Below, piece after piece: positions 35,300-39,112 of a stretch of DNA of 39,112 nt. Positions within the stretch are counted from its first letter, which is position 1. Each line of letters starts with the position of its first letter. The DNA is from a virus: IMG/VR virus record IMGVR_UViG_3300028549_000989, positions 1 through 39,112 of that record. One strand, 5' to 3'. The notes under the pieces were generated by a model. That model had not been told where the DNA came from. It searched no databases and saw only the letters and a list, made by a program, of their open reading frames with translations. Made by a program: the position numbers and the translations under genes.

Positions 35300-35961
35300 A
35301 AGGATACTTATAAAACTTCATTTAAAGAGTCTTTAAAGATGCTTCCTATATTCCTCCTGTTAGGAAGTATCTTTAAATGCTCACATTAAAGGATTAACCT
35401 TGTAATGATTTACTTTACATTATATTTCATATAAAGTAACAATCATATAAAGTACTTTACAAGTACTCATAAAACTCTTTAATAGATATCTTTTTGTGTA
35501 TCTCTTTAAGCTTATCTTTAAATGATGCATCATATAGATTTATATGTATCCTTATAAAGACGGCGTTTAAGGTTCCTTTAAGGTTCCTTGAAAGGATATC
35601 TTTATGTGTATTCTTATAAGGAACTTGAAAAAATCATCAGAAAAATTCTCGTGAGGAGACCCTATTCAGTTCTTGGGATAAATCCCCTAAGGGGCTTAAT
35701 AAAGTATTATATACAGATGTTAATATAGTATTTTATAGATATCTATCTAAGGTATCTTTATAAGTTAATCCTTAGTGGATTTTAAGGACGCTGGGAGAAA
35801 ATCTTTTAAGGATACATCTAATAGATTGTTATGTTAAGTTGTATATCATTTAAAGAATCTTATAAGAATGCATTGGAAGAATCTATTAAAGATATCTTTT
35901 AATAATCTATTGATGTATCTCATCTGATAGGGCAAACCTTAAAGGAACCTTAAACTGATAA

Positions 35962-36039
35962 AGCATTTAAAGCAACCTTAAAGGAACCTTAAAAAGAATA
36001 AGCATTTAAAGCAACCTTAAAGGAACCTTAAAAAGAATA
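35962..36039. repeat. Perfect 39-bp tandem duplication
   Basis: AGCATTTAAAGCAACCTTAAAGGAACCTTAAAAAGAATA at 35962-36000 and again at 36001-36039. Confidence 0.9.
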
Positions 36040-36222
36040 AGCCTTATATGTTATATTTTGTTATTACTTATTAGATTCTTTTAAAGATAACTTTTTCAAG
36101 AACCTTAAAGGAACCTTAAAAAGAATAAGCCTTATATGTTATATTTTGTTGTTCCTTATTAGATTCTTTTTATGTTATCTTATGTTATTTTTTATTAGAT
36201 TCTTTTTATGTTATATTTTGTT
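36013..36222. repeat. Nested direct repeats: a 50-nt unit at 36013-36062 and 36101-36150; TTATTAGATTCTTTTTATGTTAT at 36156 and 36192
   Basis: Exact identities read directly from the sequence. Confidence 0.85.
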
Positions 36223-36540
36223 AGATTCTATTAAAGATTATTAAGGGACTTTTTTAAAGTTCAACCCTTTCAAGAAACCTTAAAGGAAACTTAAACGTAT
36301 AACCTTAAAGGAACCTTTCAAGAAACCTTAAACGGATAATCTTTCAAGGAAACTTAAAGGAACCTTAAACGTATAACCTTAAAGGAATCTTAAAGGGATA
36401 ACCTTTCAATGTTTTATACAATAATAAGTATAATCTTTAAAAGATGTTTAAAAAGATTTATTAAAAGATAACATAAAATGACGCCTTAAAAGGCTTTTAA
36501 TTGTTTTATATAATAATTATAAGGTGTCTTTATTTGCGTG

Positions 36541-36566
36541 CGTTGTAGGTATCTTAAAATGCTTTT
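36541..36566 (+). promoter_or_regulatory. CTTGTAG..-type box, + orientation, at the start of the right-end cassette
   Basis: CGTTGTAGGTATCTTAAAATGCTTTT matches the core of 4086-4120. The upstream AAGGTG..GCGT flank is also similar. Confidence 0.4.
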
Positions 36567-36605
36567 AATAAGGTATCTTTTGAATGTATGGTATTGTTGT
36601 TTTGA

Positions 36606-36683
36606 TGCTATAAAAATATTTATCAAATAAGTTGATTAAATAATCCGCCTAAAATAACATTAAGTTTATTTTTGTGCTATAAT
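36606..36683 (+). promoter_or_regulatory. Two extended -10 promoter-like elements (TGCTATAAA 36606-36614; TGCTATAAT 36675-36683)
   Basis: TGnTATAAT pattern, rightward orientation, no ORF immediately downstream. Confidence 0.4.
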
Positions 36684-36997
36684 TACTACATTAAAAGACC
36701 ATCGTGTTTTTTAATCTTGGCTTTTGCCTTGCCTTTGGGGGTTTCTTATGTTTTCTTTATCTTCTCTTTTTGGTGCTTCTTCTGAGGCAGTTGTTGTTGT
36801 TAATGTTATAGACGGTTTTTTATGTGTTTTTTCAGGTGTTGTTTCTTCTTTTGAAGATGGTGTTTTTTCTTTTGTTGATGGGTCTTCTCTTGATTTAGAG
36901 GAGGCTATTGTTTCTTTTAATATATCTATTTCTCTTTATAAAAATAGAGAGAGTTATTCAATTGGCTTTGCTTCTTCTATTGTTAATTTATAATTTT

Positions 36998-37041
36998 CTT
37001 ATTTCCATAAAATAAGATTATTTCTTTTTTTATGCTATAAT
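36998..37041 (+). promoter_or_regulatory. Early-promoter-type module: palindrome CTTATTTCCATAAAATAAG (36998-37016), 19-nt spacer, TGCTATAAT (37033-37041)
   Basis: Same upstream palindrome and AATTTTCTT flank as the tandem early promoters at the genome ends. Confidence 0.5.
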
Positions 37042-37082
37042 ATGTTTAGTTTTTGATCCTTTAATTAAAAAGGATATTTTTT

Positions 37083-37126
37083 AAAAAATAGGGTGCTCTC
37101 CAAGCTGGGAGTATTCTATTTTTTTT
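37083..37126 (+). terminator. Terminator-like hairpin about 45-90 nt downstream of the 37036 -10 element
   Basis: AAAAAATAG (37083-91) pairs with CTATTTTTT (37116-24). Inner stem CTCC/GGAG. A T-run follows. A second GGGGGTATTCTATCTTTTTTTT motif lies at 37151-37172. Confidence 0.4.
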
Positions 37127-37221
37127 AAAAAATTGGCTGGGCTGCGTCCTGGGGGTATTCTATCTTTTTTTTAGCTGCCCTTTTATTATTATTATTATTC
37201 AACATTGCGGAGGTTAAAACA

Positions 37222-37584
37222 ATGGAATCTATAAAAAACACAAAAAAACAAAATGCGGTGCTTTTAGCGAACATTTTAGGAACATTAGAAAAAGGTGAGG
37301 CTTTAACTGCTTTTATTAAATATTCGGATGCGGGTGCCCGAGTGATGCTTTCAAAATCAGAGGCTACTTCTTTTACTGCTTTTGGTGGCGGTTATAACCG
37401 TGAGGGTTTTGCTTTGGCAGAATTGTTTAATGTTGCTTTAAAAGTTAAGGGTTTAAATGTTAAACTTGATGGTTTAGTATCTACTTATTCTTTAATGAAT
37501 CAATTTGAGGCTATAAGTGGTATCTCTTGCTCAATAAGCGATGTTAATAAATCTTTAAGTGCTATATCTTTTGAGGTGCTTTAA
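37222..37584 (+). CDS. Hypothetical protein with FGGGYN motif; paralogue of ORF 1881-2285
   Basis: GGAGG RBS. Motif similarity to the ORF 1881 product. Codon usage looks more T/G-rich than the core genes. Confidence 0.6.
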   Translation: MESIKNTKKQNAVLLANILGTLEKGEALTAFIKYSDAGARVMLSKSEATSFTAFGGGYNREGFALAELFNVALKVKGLNVKLDGLVSTYSLMNQFEAISGISCSISDVNKSLSAISFEVL

Positions 37585-37585
37585 T

Positions 37586-37825
37586 ATGTTTGCTTTCATG
37601 ATTGCTTTTGATGAGTTTAAGGCTTTAAAATATCTTTTAGGTATATTTTTAATTTGTTTAATAGTATCCTTTTGGTATCCTTTTGGGACGCCAATAGGAG
37701 AGTTTGTTGGTGCGATTGGTTTGCTTTCTGGGTTGCCTTTTGTGCTTTTTCTTATACCGATGGCAGTTGTGGAAGTTGCTTTATATGTATATACAAAAAT
37801 TAAAAATAAAATAATAGGAGAATAA
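37586..37825 (+). CDS. Small integral membrane protein (2-3 TM segments)
   Basis: GAGGTG 7 nt upstream of ATG 37586, in frame with track start 37559. Hydrophobic throughout. Confidence 0.55.
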   Translation: MFAFMIAFDEFKALKYLLGIFLICLIVSFWYPFGTPIGEFVGAIGLLSGLPFVLFLIPMAVVEVALYVYTKIKNKIIGE

Positions 37826-37826
37826 T

Positions 37827-38030
37827 ATGTTAAAATTAAATAGAAAAGAGGAAGAAATGATTGCTGCATTCTATGCGGCGAATGAGGTTAAACATTACGG
37901 TGCACGTGCTGGAATCACTGGGGCAAATAGATGGAACTTTAATAATAACAATGACGATGAGGTTTTATTAGATGCACCAATGGGTGCAGATTTTGATGAT
38001 TATAATGATGCACTTGACGAGGACCTTTAA
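37827..38030 (+). CDS. Small protein with acidic C-terminal half
   Basis: AGGAG RBS. C-terminus DDEVLLDAPMGADFDDYNDALDEDL. Confidence 0.55.
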   Translation: MLKLNRKEEEMIAAFYAANEVKHYGARAGITGANRWNFNNNNDDEVLLDAPMGADFDDYNDALDEDL

Positions 38031-38114
38031 ATGTTATTAGAAATAGTATATGGGCTTTTAATAGGTTGTTTTGGAGTTGGCGTTTTATACGCCTGGTATA
38101 GAGGCTTTTTATAA
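38031..38114 (+). CDS. Very small hydrophobic peptide (27 aa)
   Basis: The ATG directly follows the previous stop; GAGGA 7 nt upstream. Product contains LLIGCFGVGVLYAW. Confidence 0.3.
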   Translation: MLLEIVYGLLIGCFGVGVLYAWYRGFL

Positions 38115-38226
38115 GCCTCAGTTGGCTTTCTTTTAATGTATATTTAAGGCACTTGAATAGTGCTTTAAATGTGTTTTAATGGATTCTATTAAGATACAAT
38201 AAAAATTATTATCGGGGGATAAAACA

Positions 38227-38604
38227 ATGATTATCAAAGGGTTTATTATAGGGTGTTTATTTAGTTTTTCTATAAGTGCGGTTTGTGCTGCTTTAATAGA
38301 TGAGGCGGGTGCATTGGAAGAATGTGCGGTAAATGTTATAGCAACTAAGCAAGCAACAAATGGAATATTGAATAATCATTTAAGTGCATTGGATGATTTA
38401 GAATTAAAACATTTAGCAACAACAAAAGATGCGGAAGAATATAAGCAAGACGCTTTAAAAGATGTGCGTGAAATGTCAGGCACTATTGAAAAAGAAGTTA
38501 TTGAAAAAGAATATACAGAAGAAGAAATAAATATATATATTAGTAATATAGAAAAAGATGCAGAAAAAGAAAAAGAAAATTATGTAAATAAATATAATTT
38601 TTAA
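38227..38604 (+). CDS. Membrane-anchored or secreted protein with an acidic, likely helical ectodomain
   Basis: GGGGGA RBS-like. N-terminal hydrophobic segment GFIIGCLFSFSISAVCAAL. Confidence 0.6.
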   Translation: MIIKGFIIGCLFSFSISAVCAALIDEAGALEECAVNVIATKQATNGILNNHLSALDDLELKHLATTKDAEEYKQDALKDVREMSGTIEKEVIEKEYTEEEINIYISNIEKDAEKEKENYVNKYNF

Positions 38605-38618
38605 TTTTGTAAATATAT

Positions 38619-38650
38619 AAAGACCACTTTTTAAATTAGTGGTTTTTATT
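38619..38650 (+). terminator. Intrinsic terminator closing the right-end cassette
   Basis: AAAGACCACT-TTTTAAATT-AGTGGTTTTT forms a 10-bp stem with one G-U and runs into a T tract. Confidence 0.7.
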
Positions 38651-38702
38651 ATGTTTATTTAAAAAATTTTTTTTAATATAAGCAGAATGTTATTATTTTA
38701 TT

Positions 38703-38827
38703 ATAGTAATATAATATCAACAATTAAAAGTTATTAAACTTTTTAATTAATTTCTTTTGAAATTAACAAGAAAGAAATAACATTTAATTAAGATTTATGG
38801 TATAATATCAACAATTAAAAAGGTTAA
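38703..38827 (+). promoter_or_regulatory. Two further copies of the early promoter core (TATAAT 38710-38715; TGGTATAAT 38798-38806), each followed by ATCAACAATTAAAAG
   Basis: The conserved 21-nt core TATAATATCAACAATTAAAAG is repeated. Confidence 0.5.
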
Positions 38828-39006
38828 TATCTTTTTAAATAATTTTCTTCTTTCTTATTTCCAAAAATAAGATTAAGTTTGAAAGTTATGGTATAATATC
38901 AACAATTAAAAAGGTTAATATCTTTTTAAATAATTTTCTTCTTTCTTATTTCCAAAAATAAGATTAAGTTTGAAAGTTATAGTATAATATCAACAATTAA
39001 AAGATA
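38825..39006 (+). repeat. 91-bp tandem repeat (2 units) carrying palindrome plus -10 promoter modules; unit 2 starts exactly at the DTR boundary 38916
   Basis: Units begin at 38825 and 38916. They differ at one base in the TGG/TAG preceding TATAAT, then diverge after AATTAAAAG. Confidence 0.85.
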
Positions 39007-39112
39007 CAATAAAGTAATCTTTTAATAGCCCATTAGATGCAGAAAGAAAAGAAGCATCCAACGAACAACCTCCGCAACTTTAAAAGGGAGCATTTGGTGG
39101 GCTATTAAAAGA
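38916..39112. repeat. Right copy of the 197-bp direct terminal repeat
   Basis: Identical to 1-197. Confidence 0.75.

Larger units (their letters stand above)
34975..35300 (+). ncRNA. Candidate structured non-coding RNA downstream of promoter copy c
   Basis: GC-rich islands with long-range complementarity (34999-35006 with 35270-35277; 35052-35062 with 35101-35111), a 7-bp hairpin at 35009-35030, and a 17-bp perfect hairpin at 35241-35299. No ORF or RBS. Confidence 0.3.
35566..36397. repeat. Iteron-like array of the 11-bp unit GGAACCTTAAA, mostly as head-to-tail doublets AACCTTAAAGGAACCTTAAA
   Basis: Inverted doublet at 35566-35587. Direct doublets at 35935, 35974, 36013, 36101, 36276, 36351 and 36375. 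Single or partial units at 36301 and 36325. At least 15 units by manual count. Confidence 0.85.

Noticed and set aside
35935-36400. CRISPR array interpretation of the repeated AACCTTAAAGGAACCTTAAA units.
   Set aside because: The repeats are only 11-20 bp, AT-rich and without the usual repeat palindromicity. The spacers are themselves duplicated (39-bp and 50-nt repeats) and irregular in length (about 19 to more than 150 nt). No cas genes or leader were seen.
4086-36566. The inverted CTTGTAG..TATAT boxes as crossover sites of an invertible DNA segment.
   Set aside because: No serine or tyrosine recombinase or invertase gene is present. Inversion between the copies would flip essential genes onto the opposite strand of a unidirectionally transcribed genome.
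36724-36993. Track ORF of 89 aa taken as a genuine gene.
   Set aside because: It has a TTG start and no proper RBS. Its T-rich codon usage is unlike all other genes, and the region is open on both strands simply because the + strand is A-poor. It is kept as a finding, not as a feature.
2451-37825. Upstream-extended start codons given by the track for ORFs 2451, 3195, 33214 and 37559.
   Set aside because: In-frame downstream ATGs (2511, 3222, 33250, 37586) sit at canonical distance from strong GGAGG/GAGG sites. The extended starts have none and overlap upstream genes or regulatory boxes.
4249-37869. All minus-strand ORFs in the track: 4249-4521, 4592-4864, 5918-6115, 7526-7780, 8296-8568, 8876-9115, 9443-9664, 11965-12204, 13584-13811, 14218-14418, 16580-16885, 17034-17240, 19530-19712, 21403-21636, 22377-22709, 22663-22989, 23131-23316, 24356-24592, 24913-25128, 26631-26894, 27681-28049, 31172-31378, 32460-32699, 33309-33668, 37555-37869.
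   Set aside because: Each lies antisense to a well-supported + strand gene and lacks an AAGGAGG-type RBS. Each encodes an S/F/L/I/C-rich low-complexity product typical of antisense frames in A-rich genes. T7-like genomes are transcribed in one direction.
17560-38160. Recurrent AAAGGCACT (17560, 35038, 38150) as a functional motif.
   Set aside because: There are only three copies of a 9-mer. Two are simply the 5' arms of unrelated hairpins, which is insufficient to separate from chance.
1-39112. tRNA genes, integrase/repressor (lysogeny module), transposases.
   Set aside because: No T-loop (GGTTCGAAT-type) or cloverleaf-like segment was noticed in the non-coding blocks. No product has recombinase or repressor motifs. 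This was a manual scan only, so tRNAscan-SE/Aragorn should confirm it.

Overview
Complete or near-complete genome of a T7-like (Autographiviridae-type) lytic podophage. It is very AT-rich (roughly 30% G+C by eye), all credible genes lie on the + strand, and the ends are identical over 197 bp (1-197 = 38916-39112). Gene order: tandem host-type early promoters; about 11 small early ORFs (289-3537); a 0.6-kb non-coding block; single-subunit RNA polymerase (4464-6932); a replication module (gp2.5-like SSB, RusA-type resolvase, primase-helicase, family-A DNA polymerase, EndoVII/HNH, RecB/Cas4-like nuclease); a structural module (portal, scaffold, capsid, tail tubular A/B, tail fibre with S74 chaperone domain); a compact lysis cassette (holin candidates, overlapping i-/o-spanins, M15 endolysin); internal virion proteins; terminase. 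Spanins plus very strong AAGGAGG ribosome-binding sites suggest a low-GC diderm host. The gene map does not explain three repeat-dense non-coding blocks: 3538-4146, 32943-33249 and a 2.3-kb gene desert at 34939-37221. These blocks share motif families: a 29-35-nt putative phage-RNAP promoter (3 copies), a CTTGTAG..TATAT box in alternating orientation, AAAGATATCTTT palindromes, an 11-bp GGAACCTTAAA iteron-like array, and 17-18-bp perfect hairpins. There is also a compositionally distinct right-end cassette (about 36.6-38.65 kb) bounded by promoter-like and terminator-like elements. No tRNA, integrase or CRISPR array was recognised. All functional calls rest on manual motif reading and T7 synteny; no database search was possible.
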